Source: an uncultured delta proteobacterium (GTDB taxonomy: Bacteria; Myxococcota_A; Polyangia; Fen-1088). Taken from it: a stretch of 64,000 bases of DNA. Under the pieces are notes generated by a model. The model saw only the letters and a program-made list of their open reading frames with translations. It was not told where the DNA came from and made no database searches. This document shows positions 10,309 to 20,875 of this stretch, piece after piece. Positions within the stretch are counted from its first letter, which is position 1. Each line of letters starts with the position of its first letter. Where the stretch lies: positions 416,001-480,000 of the forward strand of contig CAVYGB010000008.1 in assembly GCA_963767925.1 (NCBI GenBank). The letters run 5' to 3'. Both the position numbers and the translations under genes were made by a program.

Positions 10309-12738
10309 TCAGCGGGCGAGGCGGAGCTCGACGGTGCCGGTGACGCCGCCGCGGGCGCGGGTAGGGGTCACGAGCTGGAGCAGGGTCCGCTCGAAGCAGC
10401 GCAGGTAGCGCCCGTCCCCCTCGAGCAGCTTGACCGCCACAACCCGCCCGCTGACATCGACGGTCAGCCGCAGCCGGAGCACCGGCGGAGCCGGCCGGGC
10501 GCAGGTCCCGGCCGCGAAGGCCGCCGCCACCTGGAGGGCCAGGGGGGTGGCGTCGCCGAGGGCGACCGAGCGGACGATCTCCGCGGGCGCGGGGGTCTGC
10601 TGGCGGGTTGGCTCGGGCGCGGGCCGGGCCGGCTTCTTCGCCGGCGGAGCGGGAGGCGCCGGGAGCGCGGCCTGGTCGGCCTCGAGGGGTGCGCCAGCCG
10701 GGGAGGGCGCCGAGTTGCCCGCGAAGTCCGCGACGATCCCCTTCAGCCGGTGGCCCCGGCCCAGCCCACCGGCGCCGCTGCCGCCGGCCATGCGGTAGGC
10801 CACGCCGCCGCCCACCGCGAGCTCCGAGACGCCTTCGGGCAGGGGCAGGGGCTGCTTGACCGCCGTCGCCTTGCCGCCGGCGTTGACCACCTGCGAGTCG
10901 ATGGCCACGAAGGAGGTGAAGGCGGTGAGCAGGCTGTACTCCAGCCCGAGCCTGGTGATGGCCTCCTCGGCGGCCTTGTTGCCGGCCATCTGGCGGTCGT
11001 CGTCGAGCAGGGCGACCCGCTTGCGGGCCCACAGCCAGCGCAGGGCCGCGTTCTCCTGGCGCAGATTCGCGGGGCGGACCTGCACCGTCTGGTGGAAGCG
11101 GCCGGTGCCGGTGGCGCCCGTGATCTCGATGCGGCCGCTGGCCGGCCCCCGGTACTTGCCGAAGAGGATGAGGGGGCGGCGGGCCAGCAGGTCGGGCAGC
11201 TTCTCAGGCGCGATTTCTGTCGCGCCGAAACCGTGGAAGCTCACCGAGACCTGGGTCAGCACCGGCTGCTCGATGTAGGCCCGGAAGCGCTCGGCCTCGG
11301 CGGCCGCCTTCTCCGCGCGCAGGACCACGAAGGGCTCGCCCTGGCCCGCCCGGGCCATGCCCTCGATGAGGCCGCGGTTGACGCTCGAGCCGATGCCGAA
11401 GGCGAACAGATTGGCCTGGTCGAGGCGCTCGCGGATGAAGCGGTAGGTCTGGGCCTCGACCCCCACGTAGCCGTCGGTGACGACCACCACCGAACGCGAC
11501 ACCGATCTGTCGCGCCGGCGGATCTGGTAGCTCGCCTGCAGGCCCGCCATCAGCTCGGTCCCGCCGCCGCCCTGCTGGCCGTCGAGCAGGGCCAGCGCCT
11601 GGGCGAGGTTCTCGGGGCTGGCGGTCACCGAGCCGTCGGGGCTCATGGTGTGGGAGCGCCCGGCGAACAGCACGACGTTGAACTGGTCGGTCGGGCGCAG
11701 CCCACCCAGCAACTTGCGCAGCAGGGCCTTTGTCGTGTCGAGCGGGAACCCGTGCATCGACCCCGAGACGTCGACCAGGAAGATGTACTCGCGAGTCGGG
11801 ATCTGGGCCGCCTGCGGCCGCAGGGGCGGCTCCATCATGAGGGCGAAGAACCGCTCGCGCGTCCCCCCGGCGCCCGCCCCCTCCCAGAGCAGGACCCCGG
11901 TCTCGATGCGGTCGTCGGCCAGGCGGTAGCGCAGCACGAAGTCGCGGTTGCCGCCGTCGCCTTGCCCGGTGAGGCGCAGGTCGGCGCGGGCGGGGCCCTG
12001 GTAGGCGACGTCGATCGGGTGCGAGGGCGAGGCCAGCTCCTTGAGGGCGATGCCGGTCTCGACGTGGGCCCGCAGGTCGAAGCGGTAGGGCGCGGGCTGG
12101 TCCGACTTGACGTGGGGGTTGGCGATCCAGCCGTCGCGGGCCCGGTCGGCCCCGCCGCCGTAGCGGGGGCCCACCACGGTCGGGTAGACGAACTCGTAGA
12201 CCCCCTCTTCGGGGATCAGCAGCTCGGAGTACTCCAGCTCGACCGCGATGGTGTCGCCGGGCAGGACGTTGGCGACGTTCATGGTGAAGACGTTGGGCCG
12301 CTGCTGCTCGAGCAGGGAGGCGCGCTGCCCGGCCTGGCGGGCGGCCTCGTAGTCGGCGCGGGCCTGGGCCCGGCGGTCGATGCGCGCCTCGATGGTGCGG
12401 TCCCCGATCTTCATGCGCATGCCGTGCACCGCCGCCCGGGTCGAGGCGGGGAACAGGTACACCGCCTCGATCGGGGTATGGCCGGTGTTCCGGTAGACCT
12501 GCTTGACCTTGACCCGGGCGATGACCCCCGCGATCGCCACCTCGGCGGAGGTCTCCTGCAGGGGCAGCGCCTCGACCGTGCCGTCGCCGCCCGGCACCAC
12601 GAAGTAGGGGGCCAGGGAGCGATCCATCTCCCCGCTCTCCTTGCCTTGCTCGGCGACCTGGGCGCCCTGGGCGACGGCCAGCGGGCTGGCGCCGATGCTG
12701 GCCGCCAGCAAGAACACACCTGTCGCTGCTTTGTGCAT
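10309..12738 (-). CDS. Secreted VIT + vWA domain protein (inter-alpha-trypsin-inhibitor-like)
   Basis: Signal peptide MHKAATGVFLLAAS..., VIT segment IARVKVKQVYRN...EAVYLFP, MIDAS motif DVSGSM...GGTE...TDG, and LLTAFTSFVAID. SD GGAGG upstream. Confidence 0.88.
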   Translation of the reverse strand: MHKAATGVFLLAASIGASPLAVAQGAQVAEQGKESGEMDRSLAPYFVVPGGDGTVEALPLQETSAEVAIAGVIARVKVKQVYRNTGHTPIEAVYLFPASTRAAVHGMRMKIGDRTIEARIDRRAQARADYEAARQAGQRASLLEQQRPNVFTMNVANVLPGDTIAVELEYSELLIPEEGVYEFVYPTVVGPRYGGGADRARDGWIANPHVKSDQPAPYRFDLRAHVETGIALKELASPSHPIDVAYQGPARADLRLTGQGDGGNRDFVLRYRLADDRIETGVLLWEGAGAGGTRERFFALMMEPPLRPQAAQIPTREYIFLVDVSGSMHGFPLDTTKALLRKLLGGLRPTDQFNVVLFAGRSHTMSPDGSVTASPENLAQALALLDGQQGGGGTELMAGLQASYQIRRRDRSVSRSVVVVTDGYVGVEAQTYRFIRERLDQANLFAFGIGSSVNRGLIEGMARAGQGEPFVVLRAEKAAAEAERFRAYIEQPVLTQVSVSFHGFGATEIAPEKLPDLLARRPLILFGKYRGPASGRIEITGATGTGRFHQTVQVRPANLRQENAALRWLWARKRVALLDDDRQMAGNKAAEEAITRLGLEYSLLTAFTSFVAIDSQVVNAGGKATAVKQPLPLPEGVSELAVGGGVAYRMAGGSGAGGLGRGHRLKGIVADFAGNSAPSPAGAPLEADQAALPAPPAPPAKKPARPAPEPTRQQTPAPAEIVRSVALGDATPLALQVAAAFAAGTCARPAPPVLRLRLTVDVSGRVVAVKLLEGDGRYLRCFERTLLQLVTPTRARGGVTGTVELRLAR

Positions 12739-12857
12739 GGGAACGGACCTCCTCCGGGCGAGGTTGAGAGAAAAATGCCCGGTACCCCCGCTGGAACGCA
12801 CGGGGGCGCCGAAGGATCTGACGTCCTGGCTCCGCGGTTGTTCCAGGCGGGGGGAGA

Positions 12858-13787
12858 TCAGGTCATCTCCAGGAATTTCTTCTCCAGGGAGGCCCCGCGG
12901 CGCACACCGGCGATGCGGGCGCTGGCGTCCAGCAGCACGCGCAAGGTGGCAGCGATCACGTCCTCCACCCGGCGCTCGGCGGTGGCGCGGAAGAGCACCC
13001 GCAGCAGGCGGCGCTCGGGGTCCCAGCTCACCTGGTCGCCGGTCAGGGCGGCCTGCAGGGCCTCGAGCGGAACCGGCCCCTCGGACAGCTCGACCTCCAC
13101 CTCCTGGCCCTTGCCGGTGACCACGTCGGTGGCCCCCGCCGCCACCACCAGCCCCCGATCGATGAAGGCCACGTGCTCGCACAGGGTCTCGAGCTCGGGC
13201 AGGTTGTGCGAGGAGATCACGACCGTGCGGCCAGCGGTGCGGGCCCGCCGCAGCAGCTCCCGGATCTCGTGGGCGTGGCGCGGGTCGAGGCCGCTGGTCG
13301 GCTCGTCGAGCAGCACCAGCTCCGGCTCGCCGATCAGCGCCTGGGCCACCGCCAGCCGGCGCAACATCCCGTGCGAGAGGGTCTTGGCCCGGGCCAGCTT
13401 GCGGTCGCCCAGGCCCACCTCGTCGAGCAGGCGTTCGGCGTCCCGGCGGGCCCGGATCGCGTCCAGCCCCTGCAGGCGGCCGAAATACAGCAGGTGCTCG
13501 AGGCAGCGGGTCTCGCGGCCGAGGGCGGCGTCCTGGGGCAGCGCCGTGACCCGCCCCTTGAGCCGGGCTGGATCGAACCCCGGCTCCCCGAGGATGGTGA
13601 TCGCGCCGGCGTCGGGGCGCAAGAACCCGCAGGCGATCGAGAAGGCGGTGGTCTTGCCCGCCCCGTTGGGACCGATCAGGCCGAACAGCGTCCCCTTCGG
13701 CACCTCCAGGGAGAGGCCCCGCAGGGCCGGCGTCTTGCCGAAGCGCTTGCTGACCTCGGCGAACTGTAGAGCGGGGCCGGCGCTCAC
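12858..13787 (-). CDS. ABC transporter ATP-binding protein
   Basis: Walker A GPNGAGKTT, signature LSHGM, Walker B LLDEPTSGLD, SSH switch. GTGA overlap with the permease stop. Confidence 0.93.
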   Translation of the reverse strand: MSAGPALQFAEVSKRFGKTPALRGLSLEVPKGTLFGLIGPNGAGKTTAFSIACGFLRPDAGAITILGEPGFDPARLKGRVTALPQDAALGRETRCLEHLLYFGRLQGLDAIRARRDAERLLDEVGLGDRKLARAKTLSHGMLRRLAVAQALIGEPELVLLDEPTSGLDPRHAHEIRELLRRARTAGRTVVISSHNLPELETLCEHVAFIDRGLVVAAGATDVVTGKGQEVEVELSEGPVPLEALQAALTGDQVSWDPERRLLRVLFRATAERRVEDVIAATLRVLLDASARIAGVRRGASLEKKFLEMT

Positions 13788-14701
13788 AGGTCTCTCCGGC
13801 GCAGCACCGCGAACCCGACGCCGAAGTAGACGGCGGTCAGCGCCAGGCAGATCGCCATGTCGCTGACCAGGGCGCCGCCGGGCGGATAGTTGAGCCCGTC
13901 CTTGTGGGGGAAAGGCGTGAGGTGCAGGAGCAGGTCCCAGAGCGAGGCGGCGAGAGGTCCCGCGGTCGCCCGCCTGGCCTCCGCCCAGCCGCCGAGAATG
14001 GCGAGCGCCACCGCCCCGCCCAGGGCGACGATGCGCGCGAGGTTCGCGCTGGCGGTGAGCATCGAGGCGCACATCGCCCAGGCGAGAAAGGGCAGCAGGT
14101 AGAGCAGGATGCGTGGCAGGTACGACAGCAGGCCGGCGGCGGTGTCGGTAGCCTCGAAGCCGGCGATCGAGGTCCAGCCCACGAGGTAAAAGGAGAGGGC
14201 GGCCAGCACGGTGACGCCCGCCACCAGCACGAGCTGCCCGAGGGCCTTGCCCACCGCGAAGGAGAGCCGGCCGGTGCGCAGCACGCTGTAGCGGATGGCC
14301 CGCGAGCTGACGTCCCCCGCGATGCTCTCGGACGAGGTGAAGAGCACCAGCCAGGGCAAGAAGGTCATGGCCGCCCAGCCGAAGAACACAACCATGGGCG
14401 GCATCCGGGCGAAGTAGTCGGCCTTGCGGTCGTCGCGGATCATGATCCGCAACATGTTCCGGTAGCTCGTCGTGTCTCGCAGGCGGCGCACGGTGGCTCC
14501 CGGGCGACCGCTGCTGGGCGCGCCGAGGGCCCGGGCGGCGTTCTCCTCGATCTTGCGCAGGGCCTCGGTGTAGCCCCAGGCGCCGACCGAGCCGGCCCCC
14601 ACGAAGAGCAGGACCATCACGACGATCAGCTTGCTGCGGACCGACTCGGCCAGCTCGAAGCGGGCGACGATGGCGATGTCGCGACCGGTGGCCGACCTCA
14701 C
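13784..14701 (-). CDS. ABC-2-type transporter permease
   Basis: About six hydrophobic segments and the motif SESIAGDVSSRAIRY...GK. Coupled to the ATPase gene. Confidence 0.8.
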   Translation of the reverse strand: MRSATGRDIAIVARFELAESVRSKLIVVMVLLFVGAGSVGAWGYTEALRKIEENAARALGAPSSGRPGATVRRLRDTTSYRNMLRIMIRDDRKADYFARMPPMVVFFGWAAMTFLPWLVLFTSSESIAGDVSSRAIRYSVLRTGRLSFAVGKALGQLVLVAGVTVLAALSFYLVGWTSIAGFEATDTAAGLLSYLPRILLYLLPFLAWAMCASMLTASANLARIVALGGAVALAILGGWAEARRATAGPLAASLWDLLLHLTPFPHKDGLNYPPGGALVSDMAICLALTAVYFGVGFAVLRRRDL

Positions 14702-15426
14702 GGGCTGCGCCCCGGGTCGACGATCTCGGCGCCCTCCATGGTCTCGGCCAGCTTGCGAAAGGCCTCCATGTCGATCTGGGTCAGGGCATCGAAGCGGGTC
14801 TTCTCCATCGCCGCCCGTCCGTTGTCGTCGAGCCCTGCCTTCACGGCGTCGTCGGTGCGCCGGTAGATGTCGAGCAGGCGAACCCCCACGTCGGCCATGT
14901 CCCGGGGGGTGATGGGTTTGCCCTTCTTGCCGAGGGTCTCGGCGATCTCGGAGGCGGCCCGGGCCAGCTCGTCGTTCATGGTCTTGATGGTGGCGTCGAG
15001 GGCGGCCTCCCGCTCGGGCGAGAGTCCCGCCTCGTTGACGAAGGCCTCCCGGAACTGGGTCGCCCGCAGGTCGGCAGCCGCCTTGGCGGCGGCGAATCCC
15101 TCGCCGTCCCCGCCGAACATGCGCGGGCGCCCTTCGGCGGGAGGGGGCGTCACCTCGGCCGGGGTGGGGACGGCCGGCTCGGCGGGCTCCGATCGCTCCG
15201 GAGGGTTGAACCGCGGCACGCGCCGCGCATCGGCCTGGGCCCGCTCGCGCGCAGCGGCCAGGCCACCGAGGCCCAGCGCGGGCAACAAGCCGGAGCCGCG
15301 CGACGCGGCCGCCTCTCGGGCCTCGGTCAGCTCCTGGTGGGTCCGCCGGAGCTCGGCGCGGGGCGCGAGGCCTCCCAGGAAGAGCCCCAGCAGCAGCGTC
15401 AGGGCGCCCACCAGCACGGTCTTCAT
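14698..15426 (-). CDS. Hypothetical membrane-anchored helical protein, first gene of the ABC operon
   Basis: N-terminal hydrophobic MKTVLVGALTLLLGLFLGG. GTGA overlap with the permease start. Confidence 0.7.
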   Translation of the reverse strand: MKTVLVGALTLLLGLFLGGLAPRAELRRTHQELTEAREAAASRGSGLLPALGLGGLAAARERAQADARRVPRFNPPERSEPAEPAVPTPAEVTPPPAEGRPRMFGGDGEGFAAAKAAADLRATQFREAFVNEAGLSPEREAALDATIKTMNDELARAASEIAETLGKKGKPITPRDMADVGVRLLDIYRRTDDAVKAGLDDNGRAAMEKTRFDALTQIDMEAFRKLAETMEGAEIVDPGRSP

Positions 15427-15546
15427 GTCACCAGAATAGGCCATGACCAGCCTGCGGTGCACTAGCCCCTCGAGACGGGTAACCGGCAGGTTGCGGACGC
15501 CCAGATCCGGTTGCGAGCAGCGCCGCGGCTCGTGATAGCGTGCCGC

Positions 15547-16917
15547 ATGCCCGACTCGACGGTCTCGGCGCTCGATCGCGCCCGGCGCAAGGCGTTCTGG
15601 CGGCTGGTCCCCCTCTGTTTCGTCTCGTACGTGATCGCGTACATCGACCGGGCCAACGTGTCGATCGCGAAGCTCACGATGATGAAGGACCTGCCGGGGT
15701 TCGACAACGACGTCTTCGGCACCGGGGCGGGCATCTTCTTCATCGGCTACTTCCTCCTCGAGATCCCCGGGAGCTTGATCGTCGAGCGCTGGAGCGCCCG
15801 CAAGTGGATCAGCCGCATCATGGTCACCTGGGGGATCATCGCCGCTCTCACCGCCACGGTGAAGAACCCCACCCAGTTTTACACCCTGCGGTTCCTCCTC
15901 GGCCTGGCCGAGGCGGGCTTTTACCCGGGGGTGATCGTCTACCTCACCCACTGGTTCCCCTCGAAGGACCGGGCCCGGGCCTTCGCCTTCTTCTTCATCG
16001 GGGGGCCCATCGCCCAGCTCCTGAGCCCCAAGATCTCCTACCTGATGTTGAAGATCGGCACCGACGAGGTGGTGGGGGGCGTGCCGGTCCACCACCCCGA
16101 GCTGATGGGCCTCGAGGGCTGGCAGTGGGTCTACATCTTCTGGGGCATCCCGGCCGTCATCCTCGGGGTCGTCGTCTTCTTCTTCCTCACCGATCGCCCC
16201 TCCCAGGCGCGCTGGCTGACCGCCGAGGAGCGGGAGGCGCTCGATCGCGAGCTGCAACGGGAGCGGAACGAGCACGGCGGCGCCCGCCACATGGGTGTCC
16301 TGCAGGCCCTGCGCCACCCCAAGGTGCTGCTGCTGGCCCTGGCCTACTTCCTGGCGGTGACCGGCAACTACGGGGTGGAGTTTTTCCTGCCCACGATCTT
16401 GCAGCAGTGGAACGGTCTCGACCTCAACCAGGTCACGAGCTGGATCCTGATCCCGAACCTGGCCCTGCTGCTCGGTCAGGTGCTGATCGGCTGGAGCTCG
16501 GATCGCCGGCGCGAGCGCTGGTTCCACGCCGCGTTCCCGGTCTACTTCGGGGCCGTTGCCCTGGCCCTGGCCCCTTCGGCGCAGGGGAACCTCGCCCTCA
16601 CGCTGCTGATCTTCTCGCTCACGATGGCCGGCATCCGCGGCTACCTGCCGGCCTTCTGGTCGCTGCCCAACCTCTTTCTCAAGGGCGCGGCCGCGGCCGG
16701 CAGCATCGGCTTCATCAACTCGGTGGGCAACCTGGGCGGCTACCTGGGCCCCAAGGTGATGGGCAAGGTCGAGACCGTGACCGGGTCCTTCCAGGGCGGC
16801 CTGTACTTCCTGGCCGCCTGCCTGGCCGGGGCGGCGACCATCATCCTCGGGCTGCAGCGCTGGCAGCGGCGGATCGACGCCCGCGCCCGCGCCGCCGGCC
16901 TGACCCCCACGGGCTGA
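15547..16917 (+). CDS. MFS transporter (anion:cation symporter, tartrate/sugar-acid type)
   Basis: Motifs YIDRANVS, GIFFIGYFLLEIP, RFLLGLAEAGFYPG and INSVGNLGG. Confidence 0.92.
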   Translation: MPDSTVSALDRARRKAFWRLVPLCFVSYVIAYIDRANVSIAKLTMMKDLPGFDNDVFGTGAGIFFIGYFLLEIPGSLIVERWSARKWISRIMVTWGIIAALTATVKNPTQFYTLRFLLGLAEAGFYPGVIVYLTHWFPSKDRARAFAFFFIGGPIAQLLSPKISYLMLKIGTDEVVGGVPVHHPELMGLEGWQWVYIFWGIPAVILGVVVFFFLTDRPSQARWLTAEEREALDRELQRERNEHGGARHMGVLQALRHPKVLLLALAYFLAVTGNYGVEFFLPTILQQWNGLDLNQVTSWILIPNLALLLGQVLIGWSSDRRRERWFHAAFPVYFGAVALALAPSAQGNLALTLLIFSLTMAGIRGYLPAFWSLPNLFLKGAAAAGSIGFINSVGNLGGYLGPKVMGKVETVTGSFQGGLYFLAACLAGAATIILGLQRWQRRIDARARAAGLTPTG

Positions 16918-16933
16918 GCGCGGGGGCGCCCCG

Positions 16934-19003
16934 TTACTGGGGCCGGCGCGAGATCCGGTAGAGCACGGTGCCCATGACCGCGAAGGCGATCACGGCCAGC
17001 AGCTCGTAGCCGCTCTGGCCGATGGCGCCCACCAGGTTGTGCTCGACCGACAGCTTGGCGATGGCCGCGGCCAGCCCGTCGTTCGAGGAGAGGATGGCGA
17101 CCAGCACGCCGGCCAGGGCGCCACCCGCCACCAGGCCGGTGGCGTAGAGGTTGCCGGGCCCCAGCTCGGAGTCGCCGACGTGTTTGCCCTTCCGCTGCGC
17201 CACCCAGTCCGAGAGCCCCTTGATGGCGCCGCCGACGAAGATGGGGGCGGTGGTCGACAGCGGCAGGTAGAGCCCGACCGCGAAGGAGAGGGACTTGACC
17301 CCGCACAGCTCGATGGTGATGGCGGTGAACACGCCCACCAGCACGAACTGCCAGTCGAGGTTGAACGAGAGCAGACCCTTGATCAAGGTGGCCATCAAGG
17401 TCCCCTGGGGGGCGGGGAACTTGTCCGATCCGATCGCGTGCAAGATCCCCTGCGCGCGCATCGCCTCGCTGGGGCGGTCGAGGAGCTGGATGGTCACGCC
17501 GATCACGGCGGCGGCCGCCACCGACCCGATGAGCAGGCCGATCTGCTGGGCCCGGGGGGTGGCGCCCACCAGGTAGCCGGTCTTGAGGTCCTGCGAGGTC
17601 GCCCCCGCGTTGGCCGCGGCGATGCAGACCATGCCGCCCACACACAGGGCCATCGGCTGGTAGACGTCCCCGGTCCAGCCCAGGGCGATGAAGATGAGGC
17701 AGGTCGCCATCAGGGTGGCGATGGTCATGCCCGAGATGGGGTTGGAGGAGGTGCCGATGATGCCGACGATGCGGCTGGCGACCGTCACGAAGAAGAACCC
17801 GAACACGATGATCAGCACGCCGAGCAGCAGCTTGCCGAAGACCGAGGTGCCGGGGACGAAGGGCAACACGGCCATCACCAGGATCAGGCCGACGCAGCCG
17901 GCCAGCACCACCGTGATGGGCAGGTCGCGATCGGTGCGCTTGGTGCTGGCGCCTGCCGCTGCCCGGCCCGGAGCGAGGCGATGCTGTCCTTGAACGAGCT
18001 GACGATGGTGGGCAGGGTCTTGATGCAGGGTGATGAAGCCGCCGGCGGCCACCGCGCCCGCCCCGATCTGCCGGATGTAGGCCCGGTAGATCGCGACGGC
18101 GGTGTTGCCGAAGGTCTGGGTGGCGGGATCCCAGGCGCCCTGGCCGCCCGCGGTGGCCAGGTCCTTGAGGTAGCCGAGCTTGACGAGCTGGGCGGCGATC
18201 ACCTGGGGGTCGACGAGCGTCGCCAGCAGGGGGATCAATCCCAGCCAGGCCAGCACGCCGCCTGCCACCAGGACGCCGGCGATGCGCGGGTCCGATGATG
18301 TAACCGACGCCCATGTATTCGGGCGTCACCTCGGCGTTCAAGGTGGCCGAGGGCAAGTACTTGTTGGTCTGGCTCGACACCCAGGCGGGCGTCTCGGCGA
18401 TCAGCTTGATGACCTTCTGCAGGACGGCGTAGACGAAGGCGAAGCCCAGCCCCTGGTAGGCGGTGCGGGCCAGCTCGCCCCCCTTCTCGCCGGCGATCAA
18501 CACCGACGCGCAGGCGGTCCCCTCGGGGTAGGGGAGGTTCTTGTGCTCCTTGACGATCAGCGAGCGCCGCAGCGGCACCATCATCGAGGGTGCCGAGCAC
18601 GCCGCCCAGCAGCGCGAGGGTGAAGATGGTCCAGTACGAGAAGTAGGGGGCCCCGATGCTGTTGCCGGTGCGCGGCGTCGGTGGCCAGGAAGAGGAAGCC
18701 CGGCAAGGTGAACACCACGCCGGCGGCGATCGATTCGCCGGCCGAGCCGATGGTCTGCACGACGTTGTTCTCGAGGATGGTCGAGCCGCCCATCTTCTTG
18801 AGCACCGAGATGGCGAGCACCGCGATGGGGATCGACGCCGAGACGGTCAGCCCGGCTTTGAGGGCGAGGTACACGGTGGCCGCGCCGAAAACGATGCCGA
18901 AGAACACCCCGATGACGATGGCCTTGGGCGTGAACTCCGGGACGTTGCGTTCGGCCGCGATATAGGGCTGAAACTCGGGCTCCGGGGTGGTCGATGCCGC
19001 CAT
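16934..19003 (-). CDS. OPT-family oligopeptide transporter (about 5 apparent frameshifts)
   Basis: Motifs [65 protein letters not shown] and PAPQGTLMA across shifted ORFs. Confidence 0.88.
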
Positions 19004-19081
19004 GCCCGCAATCTCGCATCGCCCGCAGCGACAAGCCACGTAAAATAGCGGGCCAGCCCGCCCGCGGCAGGCGCCCGGCGA

Positions 19082-19110
19082 TTGACACCCCCGCGCCCCG
19101 ATGGTTTCCT
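19082..19110 (+). promoter_or_regulatory. Possible sigma70 promoter
   Basis: TTGACA-N17-TTTCCT with an extended TG, upstream of SD AGGAG and ATG 19142. Confidence 0.35.
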
Positions 19111-19141
19111 GCCTGGCATCTCTGCCCGAGAGGAGACTCCC

Positions 19142-20092
19142 ATGAGCAAGACGCTGTCGTTTCTCTCCCGTCGGTCTGATATCTCCCGTCGTTCCTTCAT
19201 GGTCGGCGCAGGAGCGGCGGGTCTCGCCACCCTGGCGCCGGGCGCCGGATCGGGAGCCCCGTCGAGCGCGAGGATCTCCATCGGCTACGCCGCCATCACC
19301 TGGGGTGACCAGAGCTCGAAGACCGCCATCGAGGAGATCGCGGGCGCCGGCTACGGCGGCATCCAGCTCCGCCTGTCGATCCTCAAGGACTTCGAGAACC
19401 CGGCCGCGCTGAAGGCGGCGCTGGCCAAGGCCAAGCTGACCTTCGCTTGCCTCTCGGGCGGCGGCCCCGGCGCCGACCCGGCCAAGCGCCAGGCCGAGGT
19501 CGACAAGTTCCTCGAGGGGGCCCGCTTCGCCACCGCCGCTGGCGCGCTCAGCATCCAGGCCACCAGCCCCCGCCGCGGCGAGAAGGTGGAGCCGGCCCAG
19601 CTCGAGGCGTTCGGCGAGACGCTCGAGGAGATCGGCAAGAAGACGGCGGCGCTCGGGCTGCCGCTGGCCTTCCATCCCCACATGGATCAGCTCGGCGAGA
19701 GCGCCGAGGAGGTCGACCAGATCCTCAAGGCCTCCGACCCGCGTTACGTCAAGCTGCTGCTCGACACCGGCCACTGGGCCGCGGCCGGGGGCGACCCGGT
19801 CGCCGCCGTGAAGAAACACGGCAAGCGCCTGGCCATGTTGCACATCAAAGACGTCAAGGACCGGACCCCCACCGAGGCCAACGCCAAGAAGTTCGAGTTC
19901 GTCGAGCTGGGGCAGGGCAAGGTCGACTTCCCGGCGGTGTTCGCCGCCCTCAAGGCCGCCCGCTACGAGGGCTGGGCGGTGGTGGAGCTGGATCGGGTGC
20001 CCCCCGGTCGGGCGCCCAGGGACGCCGCCCTGGCCAACAAGGCCTTCCTGGAGAAGACTCTGGGCCTGCAGATCGGGAAAAAGGTCGGCTGA
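19142..20092 (+). CDS. Tat-exported sugar-phosphate isomerase/epimerase (IolE-like TIM barrel)
   Basis: SRRSFMVG Tat motif. Motifs [28 protein letters not shown] and VELD. Confidence 0.85.
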   Translation: MSKTLSFLSRRSDISRRSFMVGAGAAGLATLAPGAGSGAPSSARISIGYAAITWGDQSSKTAIEEIAGAGYGGIQLRLSILKDFENPAALKAALAKAKLTFACLSGGGPGADPAKRQAEVDKFLEGARFATAAGALSIQATSPRRGEKVEPAQLEAFGETLEEIGKKTAALGLPLAFHPHMDQLGESAEEVDQILKASDPRYVKLLLDTGHWAAAGGDPVAAVKKHGKRLAMLHIKDVKDRTPTEANAKKFEFVELGQGKVDFPAVFAALKAARYEGWAVVELDRVPPGRAPRDAALANKAFLEKTLGLQIGKKVG

Positions 20093-20128
20093 ACCGTCGG
20101 TCGGCTCAACGTGAAAGGCGGTATCTAC

Positions 20129-20686
20129 ATGTCTCGTCTCACCGTTCGTACCTTGCTCGCAGGTGGAATGTTTGCGCTCGCGCTGGGGGCGGCCGCCACC
20201 CAGCGGGCGCAGGCGGCCGATCCGGCCCCGGCCGATCCGGCCCTCCTCCCGGTGGGGAGCGAGGCTCCGGACTTCACGACCACCGCCCACAGCGGCGAGA
20301 AGGTCGAGCTGTCCAGGCTGAAGGGTAAGCCGGTCGTCCTGTTCTTCTATCCGAAGGACGACACGCCCGGCTGCACCAAGGAGGCCTGCGACTTCCGCGA
20401 TAGCTGGACCAAGCTGCAGAAGGCGGGCGTGGTCGTGTTCGGGGTCTCGACCCAGGACAACACCTCGCACAAGGCCTTCGCCGAGAAGCACAAGCTGCCC
20501 TTCGCCCTGCTGCCCGACGAGAAGGGCGAGATCGCCAAGAAGTTCGGGGTGCCCGTGGTCGACGGCAAGGCCCGCCGGATCACCTACCTCATCGGCAAGG
20601 ACGGCAAGATCAAACACGTGTGGCCCAAGGTCACCCCGGTCGGCCACGCCGCCGAGATCCTCGCCCAGGTCGAAGCAAAGTCCTAG
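20129..20686 (+). CDS. bcp: BCP/PrxQ peroxiredoxin with signal peptide
   Basis: [15 protein letters not shown] motif, preceded by a Sec-type leader ending AQA-A. Confidence 0.9.
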   Translation: MSRLTVRTLLAGGMFALALGAAATQRAQAADPAPADPALLPVGSEAPDFTTTAHSGEKVELSRLKGKPVVLFFYPKDDTPGCTKEACDFRDSWTKLQKAGVVVFGVSTQDNTSHKAFAEKHKLPFALLPDEKGEIAKKFGVPVVDGKARRITYLIGKDGKIKHVWPKVTPVGHAAEILAQVEAKS

Positions 20687-20690
20687 CGGA

Positions 20691-20740
20691 CGGGGAAGAG
20701 GGCGCGGCAGACCGCGCCCCTCCCCCGAGCCCTCTCCCCG
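20691..20740. terminator. GC-rich hairpin after bcp, overlapping a partial REP-like motif
   Basis: CGGGGAAGAGGGCGCGG-CAGA-CCGCGCCCCTCCCCCG, then GCCCTCTCCCC. Lies between convergent genes. Confidence 0.45.
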
Positions 20741-20875
20741 AAGCTCGTAAGGAGCGATTCACCTGCGAGTGACGGGTCTCTCCGGCAGGCGGAGCCCGCC
20801 TCCGAACGCGGAAAGTGGGTGGTTCGTCGGTTCAGCCCGGATCGCTCAGAGGCGTTCAGCTTGGCCGGATCGGGA

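Noticed and set aside
10282..13866. Very long antisense or alternate-frame ORFs (also 40240-43995 +, 50740-53586 -, 60350-62944 +, 7291-9321 + and many others)
   Set aside because: Shadow ORFs expected at high GC. They overlap motif-bearing genes and have no recognisable motifs.
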